NCBI RefSeq assembly: GCF_006345805.1 | Contig: NC_043005.1 | Coordinates: 4,836,001 to 4,900,000 of the forward strand | From: Octopus sinensis | Taxonomy: Eukaryota | Direction of reading: 5' to 3' | Length of the DNA: 64,000 nt | In this document: positions 49,801 to 60,081 of the stretch, in pieces | How the letters are laid out: every line of letters begins with the position of its first letter | Numbering within the stretch: the first letter of the stretch is position 1 | Notes under the pieces: model-generated | Databases searched by the model: none | Seen by the model: the letters and a program-made list of their open reading frames with translations, nothing else | Told to the model about the DNA's origin: nothing | Translations under genes and position numbers: made by a program

Positions 49801-52800
49801 ATAATAAGATTTGAACACATTCCTGTGCAGTTAGTAGTTTAATACCATAATGTTACAGTCATTTTTTCTGATTTCATTATCATTTTTTAAAAACCCTTTT
49901 GACACCAACCTGCTTGATTGTCCTGGCTCCATGATACAGACTTCTTGTTTTAAAATTATCTAAATTTAAATCTTCCATCAACATTTTATGTTCATCTATG
50001 TTGCAAACACCAGATTAATAACGACAAAGTTATTTTTCTAAATTCTTCTTAGATATGAAGTAACAAGGAGAATATTTGTTATTGTCCCTTACATATTATT
50101 ACTTTATAAACAGTCATGGTTGTGGTGTATGAGAAAAGTTTTTTTATTTCAAATTAAAACTGAGATTTTTTTTAGATTAGAATTCAATAGGTTTAACATT
50201 TTTGAATAGTAAGTTTTTTGTCCTTATTTATTTCACAGATTGTATCCCAGTGCAAGTGACTTAGAATCCGGTAAGTTCATTATTATTCTTGTAGTTGTTA
50301 TTGTTTAAAATTGTATTTAGTCTTACATCGAATGGTCTACACATGTGTTATGCATAAGTATGGGCCAAATTAACGAGATGTTATCATTATCATCATTGCT
50401 GTTGGTGGCAGTGGTGTTGCAGGTGTCATTGTCATCAATGTTTTAACGTCCACTTTTCCATGCTTGCATGAGTCTGACAGAATTTGTTGGGGGTAGATTT
50501 TCCACAGTTGCATGTGCTTCTTATCACGGATCCTCCCTTATTTTGAGCAAGGTAATATTTCCCAATGGTCAAACATGTTTTCATGGAAGACTGGAAACAA
50601 ACAGCACCACTTGTATGAGGGTGACACTCATTTACAACGATCCCTTAATGGCGAGAAAAGGTACACACAAGCACGTGTATATATCTTTATGTATGAAGAA
50701 ATATATGTTTGTATGTGTAAATGTGTGTGTGTGTGTGTATGTATTTATGTGCATCTGATCAAACTCAGATGATGTAAAGCTCTGCTGTCTCTCATAAATT
50801 TCTCTCCATTCAAATTGACCCCTAAAGGACCGTGTCTGAAATGTTTAATGTCCACTCCTCACATCAAAGTCACTGTATTCTTTTTATCGATTCTACCACA
50901 CTATATACATATATTTATTATTATTATGGTTCCGGGTTCAGTCCCACTGCATGGCACCTTGGGCAAGTGTCTTCTACTATAGCCTTCGGCCAACCAAAGC
51001 CTTGTGAGTGGAGATTTGGTAGACGGAAACTGAAAGAAGCCCATTGTGTGTGTGTGTGTATATATATATAAATATATATACATTTATGTGTGTCTTTGTT
51101 CCCCCACCATTGCTTGACAACCAATGTTGGTGTGTTTATCTCCCTGTAACTTAGTGTAACTTGTGGTTTGGGAAAAGAGACTGATAGAATAAGTACCGGT
51201 CTTACAAAGAATAAGTCCTGGGGTCGATTTCTTCCACTAAAAGGCAATGCTCCAAATGACTGAAACAAATAAAAGACTATTATTATTATTATCATTCAGT
51301 AGTCTTATTTTTATCAGGTGCTTTCACTGCACAACCGAGCGCAGCTCTGTGTGCCTTGGGTAAGTGCTGTGGTTTGCTGTGATGCTCTTATGGTTACTGT
51401 ACTGAAAGTGTGTGGTGCTAGTAGTGCTATTTTCTGTATGTTATATGTGTTTGCTAGTCCTGATGTTTTTGTTATGTATTTGTCTGAATATTTTTTTATC
51501 ATACCTAATGCGCCCACTATCATAGGAATTGTTTCTGTTTTTAGACTCCATATTCGAGTTCCCTCTATTTCCGGGTCTTTGTATTTTGAAAGTTTCTCCA
51601 TTTTTTTAGAGAAACATTGTCATCTGCTGGTATTGATACATCAATTAGAAAGCATTTTTTTCTTCATGATCTCTGACAACTATATCCAGCTTATTGGCTT
51701 TCATTTGGATACTTTTTAACTACACCTCGTATATATGTACTCATACATACAGATTGTGTATGTATATATCTGGTGTTGTAAGGTGTATATAATTGATGAA
51801 AAAGTGTTGTGAATTGATGCTAAAACTTACTTTAGAAGTAGACCAAAGAAAATCTTGGATGCTGACATTTATAAAAAGTCTTAAAGGATTTGGCCTCCCA
51901 GGTGCAAGGAAGAATACTGTGTTGGTAGACACATCTACACCATGCCAATGTAAGGAAATCCTCATCATCGTTTAACGTCTGTTTTCCATGCTAGCATGGG
52001 TTGGATGGTTCGACTGGGGTCTGGGAAGACAGGAGGCTGCACCAGGCTCCAACCTGATCTGGCAGTGTTTCTATGGCTGGATGCCCTTTCTAACGCCAAC
52101 CACTCCGTGAGTGTAGTGGGTGCTTTTTATGTGCCACCAGCACAAGTGCCAGGGGAGGCTGGCAACGTCCACGATTGGTTGGTGCTTTTTACGTGCCACC
52201 AGCACGGAAGCCAGTCAAGAATAGATAATTAAAAGATTGGTCATCAATGTCTTCTTTAGCAGAGCTGTGAGGACCATTGAGAACATTAGATAGTATTATC
52301 ATGTTCCCAATGAAGAGCTGCATGCATGCATGAGCCCACAGATTTCCACCTCACAGCCATCTGCTGGTACAGATATGTCCTCTTCCTCCCGTCACATCAC
52401 CCTACTGGGACCTTATATTCATCTGACGCAGTAGCTGTGGGCTTAAAGAGGCCTCATGGCAGACTCTGTGCTGGATGGCTGAACATGATTAAGGAAGATC
52501 TCCAGAGGCTCGGCATCATCTTGGAAGATGCTGAGTGTCTAGCACAGGACCACCAGCGGTGGGAAGCACAGGTGGACCTGGTTGGTTCTACACACAATCA
52601 TGCCTCTGGGACCGTTAACCTGAGATAACCTCAGCCCCATCGAGCAAGAGTATGAGTGAGTGAGTGAGATCATCATTATCATTCTCATTATATCTTTGCT
52701 GTATTGCTTTCAGTGACATCCCAAAGCAATTGTTTTCGCGACCACAGACGACATATAGACCAAGAAAGTTTAGGTGAGAAAGCATTCACCTTTTTGTTAC

Positions 52801-54727
52801 CATTTTTCTGTGGAAATTGGCTGCCTTTGTTTCAGTTAACTTTAAAAATAAAGAATTTAGTAAAATTCAATAAAAGCATTTATTAAGCTGGTCTTTGGAA
52901 CATAACAGAAAATTTTGATGGGGGGCTTTAATCCAACCCCTTTGATGCCATATTTCGGTTGGAATACGTTGCGTTCCATTAATTAATTTTGAAAATAGTG
53001 AATTTAGTAAAGCAACTTTGTCACCATATCTGTGCCTGTATAATTAAGAAACAAAAAAAACATCACTGTATCTTTTCAGTTAATATTGATTTCCTGTTTG
53101 TGTTTCAGCAGCAAGCTACAAATTTGATGACAGTGACGAAGAAATTGAAAGTGCCTCACAAGTGTCTGTTCCCATCAATGTTAGTCTGAATTTCATTCCC
53201 AGTTACTTCCCTTGTTACCCTCTCCATTGCATTTATGTCTAATGTTGATGCTTAGTCAATTGTTTTTGCTCTCTTGTATATCTTTGAACAGTTATTTCTA
53301 ATTTCATCACTACCATCGTCATCATCATCATGATCACCACCACCACCACCATCATCATAAAAAATATAGCTTAAATACTATGTGGTGTATGCGAGAGATT
53401 CGAAATAAGGACACCTATCTTCTCTTTGCTTGACGGAGACTTCTCAGTGGTAATGGACCTTTCAACGCAACCCGACCCAAACACTAGAAATAGCAGCTGC
53501 TTCTCCCCTACCTTCTGACTCCTTCGGCTACCTCGATCGAAAAGGCGTCACTCCTATCCCTTCCTCTTATGGTCAGCCCCAAGTTCCCCTCAGCTCCCCA
53601 GCTGCTGACGTCATCCCACATACTAAATAAAATAAGACAAGAAGAATATAGGACAGAACTCCTGAAAGTTTGGTTGAAATGCTTAAAGAGCTGAAGAACT
53701 GGCACCACCAGAATGGATTGCAAGTTTTGAGAAGATCCAAGTGTTAGGATGACTGTGTCTTGCTCCAGTGTCACATTTATGTTATGATTCTTATGGCTGG
53801 ATGCTCTTCCTAATGCCACCCTCTTTACAGAGTGTACCAGGGGCTTTTTTTACATGATACTGGCACGAATTTGGTTGCCATGTAACTCACAAGGCTAAAG
53901 TAGGATAGGAGAGATGGGGATCACTTTAAGCAAAGTGTAGAGAGCTTGATGTATGATAGGGGATCATCATCATCACCATTTTAACATCTGTATCTATGCA
54001 GACGAGGTAAGAAAAGTGAGAAAATATATGTTTATTCCATTTGTTGACAGCTGTTTCATAATCTCTATTAGTTACATAATATATCATCTGCCTTATACAC
54101 ACCCATAAATATAATTGTGCTGTAACATAATGAAAAGACTACATGTCAGAACATTTCATGGCAAGTGAAACATGAGACACTGCTATAAATTAACAAGTTG
54201 TTTCATTATGTAGTAATAGAAAATAGATGTGTTTGGCTAGACTTACCCTTTACAAATGACCATATATGAAGTGAGTTAAGAAATGTGGGAATAAGTCGAT
54301 AAATATAAATTCAAGAAAATATGCAGTAAAATCAAAAGCTGAAAGAATAAAATAAAGTCAATGACACAAGATGATCATAAAGATTTACCAAAAATTAGGC
54401 TGATGTATGAATATGTAAATCAGCAGAATCACATATACTGTTTTTAGATGTATATAAATGATTTATTGAAATCTGTTCACTTTTTCAGAGAAGATATCAC
54501 TGGAACTCTCCTGATTCTGAAGGTAGGTTTTTGCAGTGCAGAAAATTCTGTTTCTCATTATTTTCTATATATTGAAATTGATGGAGCATTAGAAAAAAAA
54601 AAAAAGACTTTGCAATATTTATTCTGGCTTATTAGGTTGTAAGTTCAAACCCCACTGAGGTTAACTATGCCTCTCATTCTTCTGGGACTGATAAAATATA
54701 ATATTTGTCAAGACAAGAAGGCACAAA

Positions 54728-54758
<31 letters not shown>

Positions 54759-57700
54759 GGAATCGAAATTGAACCAATCCTATGACTGGCACCCGGCAGT
54801 TGCCAGGACCACTGGACTGACCCCTGTGCAGGTGGCAAGTGAAGAAACAGCATTTTGACCCTGTGCTTGAGGAGATCCATTGAGTCAAGTACACCAACAT
54901 CAAAATTAATGGAAACTGCAGTCGTGATCCCTGTGCCGGTGGCACGTAAAAAGCACCATCTGAACGTGGCCGATGCCAGCATCGCCTTGACTGGCTTCCG
55001 TGCTGGTGGCACGTAAAATGCACCAATCCGATCATGGCCGTTGCCAGCCTCGCCTGGCACCTGTGCCAGTGACACATAAAAAGCACCCACTACACTCACG
55101 GAGTGGTTGGCATTAGGAAGGGCATCAAGCTGTAGAAACACTGCCAGATCAGACTGGAGCCTGGTGCAGCGTTCTGTCTTCCCAGATCCCCAGTCGAACT
55201 GTCCAACCCATGCTAGCATGGAGAACGGACGTTAAACGATGATGATGATATATGCATACATACATTCATATATGTACAATGAGGCTTTGTGTTTTCATCC
55301 AGAATGGAGACAAACACCATTCTTCTATGTGATTGACTTGAAAAATCATTAAGATATTAAGGTATTTTTATTAACATGAAACCAATGGTAGCCTTAATAC
55401 ACAAATAAAGAAATTCTATCCACCAGTGAGCACTCATTCTCGTCATTCAACATTTACATATGTATGTATACATATATATATATATATAAAGGATAGGCTT
55501 CTTTCAATTTCTGTCGTCTACCAAATGCACTCACAAAGCTTTGGTCAGCCCAGGTTGATAGAAACTATTTGTCCAAAGTGTCATGCGATGGGACTGAACC
55601 CAAGACCATATGGCTAGGAAGAAAGCTTCTTAACAACACAGCCACGCTTGCACTTAAATTTGGCATTCTTCAGCCAGGAATCAAACCTGGCCACCTGAGT
55701 GAATGCCTGAAATCTTAATCACTTTATCAAATTTGTATATTAATTACCCAAACAATAATGGATACTGATATGTTTATTTATCCTTTCAGAAGACTATATC
55801 CACAGCCCCAGCTCAAAACCTTATGTGGATAACCAATTCATGAGTAAATCTCTCAATGGGTGAGTAAGGGAATCAGTGTATGTTTATTGTTAAAAGGGAA
55901 TAGTGAAGAGGGCCCAATATGATAAACATCCTTTCATAGTTACAAGGACAAACTGCACTATACTAGCCTGGAATTGATGTGCTTGACTAAAGCCAGTATG
56001 GCCACAATCCAATAACTGGCAAAGGATTAAATGAAGAATACTTATATCATAATTCATTTTAAGTAATATTTCTCAATCTTACAAATAATGAGATCTTGTA
56101 GTTTAAGTAGATTATGTCTGATTTCATTTCTTAATCTATCAGTCAATTGTTTTATGATTAACTCCTTTGTTAACATATTTCATGGTGAAATATACAGCTT
56201 TTTTCAATTAATGTTGAAACTAATGAAGAATTTAGTAAAATAACTGCTGTTTGGAACATATATTAACGTGAAATTTTGATCCAGAGGTAATGTGAAGTGG
56301 GTTGCTATTGGAAGGGTTAATGTAAATTTTATATCTTTGATTTCATTCCATAGTTTGTAGTGTGACACAAAAGATAGGTAGAATCTGTTGCATCAATATA
56401 TAGATGTTAAGAAAAATAGAAATGTGAATAATGTAAATTTATTTTTGATATATTAGCCTTCAAATTTCTCAAAATTACATGGCTGATAACTCATCATACC
56501 CGAAACCAAACTCTAGCGTCCCTTTACCAGCAACAAGCCCCTTGACTTTATTCTCCAAGAAATCAAAGAAGCATGAGGTAAGTCCTTGTCATTTATGATG
56601 TCTGCTGTTGATTTATACAACTGCACTTAATAATACAATACCCGATACCTACAACAGGGCTTCTCAAAGTTTTAGAACTATCACTGCTTTCCTTTTACAA
56701 AATTCCCTTTGCTGTGATTCAATGGTCCCCATCTACTATTTTTACAAATATGAGGCCAGAGTAATTCAAGTAAGTAGGAGTCTGACACGAGTGTCTACTT
56801 ATCACAACACTACCCTACTATAAGTAAATACTATAGGTATAAAAATGTTATCATCATAAAGTTCGCTTTTCCATGCATGTGCCAGGTTGGAGAGACCTTC
56901 TACAGCTGGGTGCTCTTCCCGTTTGCCAACTCTCCCCTATTTCTACGTCACATAATTCCCCATGGCCTGACAGGTTTTCAAGGAAGATGGGAAACACCAC
57001 TTATATGAGGCTTGTCTTACAACTCGTATGCCATGTCACAGAAACAGACACACACAAATTCTTTTTCTTGTTTCAGTCATTTGACTGTGGTCATGTTGCA
57101 ACACCGCCTTTAGTCAAGCAAATCGACCCCAGGACTTATTCTTTGTAAGCCTAGTATTTATTCTATCGGTCTCTTTTGCCAAACCGCTAAGTTACGGGGA
57201 CGTAAACACACCAACATCGGTTGTCAAGCGATGGTGGGGGAACAAACACAGATACACATATAAATATATATATAAGACAGGCTTCTTTCAGTTTCCGTCT
57301 ACCAAATCCACTCACAAGGCTTTGGTTGGCCTGAGGCTACAGTAGAAGACACTTGGCAAAGTTGAACCTGGAACCATGTGGTTGGGAAGTGAGCTTCTTA
57401 CCACACAGCCACTCCTGCACCTCTGATAGGCATTTTTCTTCACTTGCAAGGCTTTGGTTAATCTGGAGTTTGGGTTTTATACATTTACTTATTCACATGT
57501 CAAAGTAGCTTATATTAAGTTTTTTTTTTAAAGTTCTTGTACAAGACAAACATTAAAAAAACAAAAAAACTGTGCAAATACATCCATCACCCTCTTTGCT
57601 CCCTGTATCCATATCCTTGCTACTAATATAGAGAGGATGGTTTTTGTTGCGAATTGAAATACTGTTTGTTTTTAACTAAGCACTGAACTATGATATAAGA

Positions 57701-59678
57701 ATGGAACATATTGCCTTTCAGGTTGTTTGAGCCATGCAAATATTGGGTTGTCCGGAAAGTTCGTGCCGATTTTTAAAGAAAGAAAAAGGTCAATAAATAC
57801 TTGCCATTACATTTTTAATCAATCAAATATGAACCATTTTGTTGCACAATGCGTCTCCATCTTTCCTTTAACTTGAAAATACCCTCTTCCCAGAATTGAG
57901 GTGGTTTCATGGCAAAGAATTCATCAAAGTATCTTTTTACGTCATCCAAGGAATTGAAATTTTTACCATTAAGACTATTCTGCAGAGACCTGAATAAGTG
58001 GAAATCCGAAGGAGCAATATCTGGTGAATATGGAGGGTAGGGTAACACATTCCAGCCAAACTGCAGCAAATTTTATCTGGTTCCCAAAGCATCAAGTGCC
58101 AAAAATGAACTGTCTTATCTTCCATTTTAAAGGGTTACAGAATTAACACAGGTTATAGGAACACAAACCTTCTTCCACGAAAAGATAGCTTAAACTGTGC
58201 TCCAAATGGAGGTGTAGTCAAATCCCATTTTATGGACTCAACCGTGTTCTAAAATAAGTCGAAAGGTAAGCTACTATAAATCGGCATGAACTTTCCGGAC
58301 AACCCAATACTTTCAGAATCTAACTGGATATTTTGTCTTAATTGTTAGCCCTATCAGGAAGACTCACAACATAGTTTGAACAGAGAACAATTGCAGAAAC
58401 TAAAGACTACCAGCTATGGTTGGCATGTTGCTGAATCAGACACAAGTATCTTATCTTCACACACTAACAGTAAGTAATAATGTTTGTCCAAAATTGTGTA
58501 ATGCTGAGACTTTAAAAAAAACAAAATTGCTCCCTTCTGTTTGACTAACCTTATTGTGACCACCCTGCCTGCTTCTTACAATTCCACAAAATAAAAATAC
58601 ATCATGGAAAGATTGCTGCTGTCAGGTTGATCACCATTAAAAGATTTGTACATAAATCATCATTGTTTTAATTAATCTAAATCTTTTGTTTCAGTCATTA
58701 GACTTGAAGAATTGTTAGTTGTATGTACTCCAGGATTGAATTTTTCTAAAAGCCTCGTACTTATTCTATTCATCTCTTTGGCTGAACTACTAAGATACAG
58801 ACACATCAGCACAAGTTGTATGAGGAACAATCACAGACATATATACACACACGAGGGCTTCTTTTAGTCTCCATCTACCAAATCCACACACAAGGGCTTG
58901 GTCAGCATGAAGCTATAGTAGAAAACACTTCCCCATAGTTGCAGTTGTGGATTTTCTATTGCCAGATGCCCTTCCCGTTACCAAGCAAGATAGGATTTCC
59001 CCCACGGCCATATTTTTGCAGATGACTAGAAATGAAGGACACACACAAGAGGGGAGGTTGCTTTCAGTTTCTCTCTATCCAATTCACTCACAAGGCTCTG
59101 GCAGATGAGTTATGCAGTTGGACTGAACCTGAGGCATGAACATTACCATATGTTCCACCCACATTATCTTGTACCTTTGAGATTTCTATGAAGTATATTT
59201 TTACAATAACATTTTAAGGCAGGTGTGAAAAGCCCAATCTGGTCTGTTTGAATACTAAAGGAAGTCACTTCCAACCATGTGGTTGCATGTTCAGCCCTGC
59301 TTCAATACACTGAAGCAGAGGAGATTCCTGTTCCATATCTTTGTGTTTGCTGATTGTAAACAATGGCCTCACTGTTCATGTGGTGGAAGGTGTTTGCTCA
59401 GTCCACTGGTAAAAAGCATGCCTGGTCCTAATATGTTGCACAATCTTTGTAGACACAGAGTTCATTTGCTCAGTGCTCCTTGTAGTTCTCCACACAACCA
59501 TGTCCAGGCCAAGATTTTGCTGTGGAACCCTGAAATGTGTACATCCAGTCAATGCAGTCTTTTATACATCGACTATAAGGATATAAACAGTAGAAGCACA
59601 TTTTCATATTTTTACCCTTTTTGTTTTGAACCGTAAAACACATTTAAAAGAAGTTCTGTCTTTATTCCAGGATTCTAA
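33182..59678 (+). CDS. C8orf34: C8orf34 (VEST-1)-like protein with N-terminal RIIa/DPY-30-type dimerisation/docking domain, about 18 exons, about 539 aa
   Basis: Phase-consistent GT-AG exons: 33182-33238, 36110-36205, 38032-38080, 38960-39028, 41194-41331, 42234-42303, 42369-42615, 43848-44029, 44827-44969, 47268-47335, 49364-49407, 50239-50270, 53109-53179, 54489-54522, 55790-55859, 56457-56577, 58349-58469, 59671-59678. N-terminus MLTQAQVYIEKHKITALFEELMNKLVRNAPENPIIYLIKQL. Internal blocks KHKAELERLI...EDEEIDGAIDLLENPSDLESEGV, SQVKLNI, W..TK....FDE and WHVAESDT parallel human C8orf34 as recalled. Exon 6/7 junction and last exon are the least certain. Confidence 0.8.
35554..35819. mobile_element. 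hAT (Charlie-like) MITE with 8-bp TSD
   Basis: TIRs CAGTGGTTCCCAAA / TTTGGGAACCACTG; identical 8-bp flanks GTTTAGAG at 35546-35553 and 35820-35827. Confidence 0.9.
36390..36690 (+). mobile_element. Decayed RTE LINE RT C-terminal fragment
   Basis: MLHGSETWAV...RLERNEM...WMCNVS and RRLHWYGHMMCMDEE motifs with frameshifts. Confidence 0.75.
39207..39307 (+). pseudogene. U6: U6 snRNA processed pseudogene
   Basis: CAGCAGTACATATTCTAAAATTGGAACAATCCAGAGAAGATTAGCATGGCCCCTGCACATGGATGACTCACAAATTCGTGAAGCATTCCATATATTT aligns to U6, including ACAGAGA-like and AGC boxes. It shows CpG-type decay, a damaged 5' stem and no upstream PSE/TATA, since it sits inside a SINE. Confidence 0.9.
39308..39546 (+). mobile_element. 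tRNA-derived SINE family B, full-length copy fused to the U6 pseudogene
   Basis: GGCAGCGAGCTGGCAGAAAC (A box) ... GAGTTCAAATTC (B box) ... GGTCGACTTTGC.TTTCATCCTTTCGGGGTCGAT. Other copies at about 5310-5500, 6500-6910, 7560-8310, 16845-17060, 23460-23620, 28070-28265, 41585-41800, 49435-49640. Confidence 0.85.
43624..43703. repeat. 80-bp inverted repeat (mini-MITE)
   Basis: CATTTAGAGATAGTAGGCTCCTT ... AAGGGGCCTACTATCTCTAAATG: 23-bp arms with one G-T pair and a 34-nt spacer. Confidence 0.8.
47939..48010 (+). tRNA. tRNA-Glu(TTC)-derived pseudo-tRNA, apparent anticodon TTA
   Basis: 72 nt TCCCATGTGGTCTAGTGGCTAGGATTCCTAGCCTTAACCCTAGTTGCCCGGGTTCGATTCTCGGCGTAGGAA. A and B boxes and D/T arms are intact and a T5 run follows. 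The anticodon stem is mispaired, U33 is missing, and the acceptor stem has one C-A mismatch. Confidence 0.7.
48082..48380 (-). mobile_element. tRNA-derived SINE family C (CORE-like TGTGTCCTTGAGCAAGA block)
   Basis: Minus strand ...GGTTAGGGTAATGAGCTCAG..CGTAAGGTTGGGAGTTCAATTCC...TGTGTCCTTGAGCAAGATAC...TTGCTCCAG; partial copies at about 19870-20087 and 21220-21300. Confidence 0.75.
50925..51275 (+). mobile_element. tRNA-derived SINE family A copy
   Basis: ATGGTTCCGGGTTCAGTCCCACTGCATGGCACCTTGGGCAAGTG...GGAAACTGAAAGAAGCCC, then microsatellite and tail. Confidence 0.85.
51280..51716 (-). mobile_element. R4/Dong-like non-LTR element, restriction-like endonuclease (RLE) 3' fragment
   Basis: Minus strand ANKLDIVVRD...FLIDVSIPADDNVSLKKMEKLSKYKD.EIE..RIW....IPMIVGALGMI...NIQKIALL matches the PD-(D/E)xK RLE C-terminus of R4-type elements; ends in an (AAT)n run. 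Confidence 0.75.
52400..52625 (+). mobile_element. Decayed RTE-like LINE C-terminal fragment
   Basis: KRPHGR...WLNMIKEDLQRLGI..EDAECLAQDHQRW resembles the RTE terminal motif RxxGRPxxxWxDxIxxDL...AQDRxxW. Confidence 0.6.
54758..55250 (+). mobile_element. RTE-tail repeat copy (defined 5' boundary variant)
   Basis: Same 5' start and 3' end as 18353-18797. Further truncated family members at about 4000-4260, 14770-14945, 21875-22060, 22120-22560, 27720-28060, 29300-29440, 34460-34745, 35240-35460, 37525-37825, 41958-42212, 46660-46805, 51960-52215, 62820-63097. Confidence 0.85.
57060..57420 (-). mobile_element. tRNA-derived SINE family A, near full-length copy
   Basis: Same head/microsatellite/tail organisation as 15597-15965. 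Confidence 0.85.
57743..58307 (-). mobile_element. Internally deleted mariner (Tc1/mariner, mellifera-like) element
   Basis: 30-bp TIRs TTGGGTTGTCCGGAAAGTTC(G/A)TGCCGATTT with 1 mismatch, TA on both sides. N-terminus MEDKTVHFWHLML is fused to C-terminal LQFGWNVLPYPPYSPDIAPSDFHLFRSLQN...WRRIVQQNGSYLID (YSPDLAPSD motif). Confidence 0.92.
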
Positions 59679-60081
59679 TTACTCATACCGGCCCATTTAA
59701 GGAAACCAAGCGAGCACCATGTATTTTTGAAAATGCACGAACTACAAGCACAATCACTCCACTCTGCACATGTACAACATGATTTGGAAATAAAAATTAC
59801 AAATATTTCTTCAGCTTTTAAATTACTATCTAATGCAATGCCTATATATTCACTGTTTAGAATTAATCATACATAAGTTGGCCAGATAAAGCTGGTTTAA
59901 ATGCTGATGGGTTAAACTATTTACGTAATCAAATAGTCACAGGTGCAATGATGCTTCTAACATGTGACAAAAAATGAGAAAGATAACATCAACTGACAAG
60001 AGTATAATGAATCATTGTGACCAACGAAGACAACAAAAACTCATGTGCTTAATTACACAATTTATTGATGCAATTTACAGA

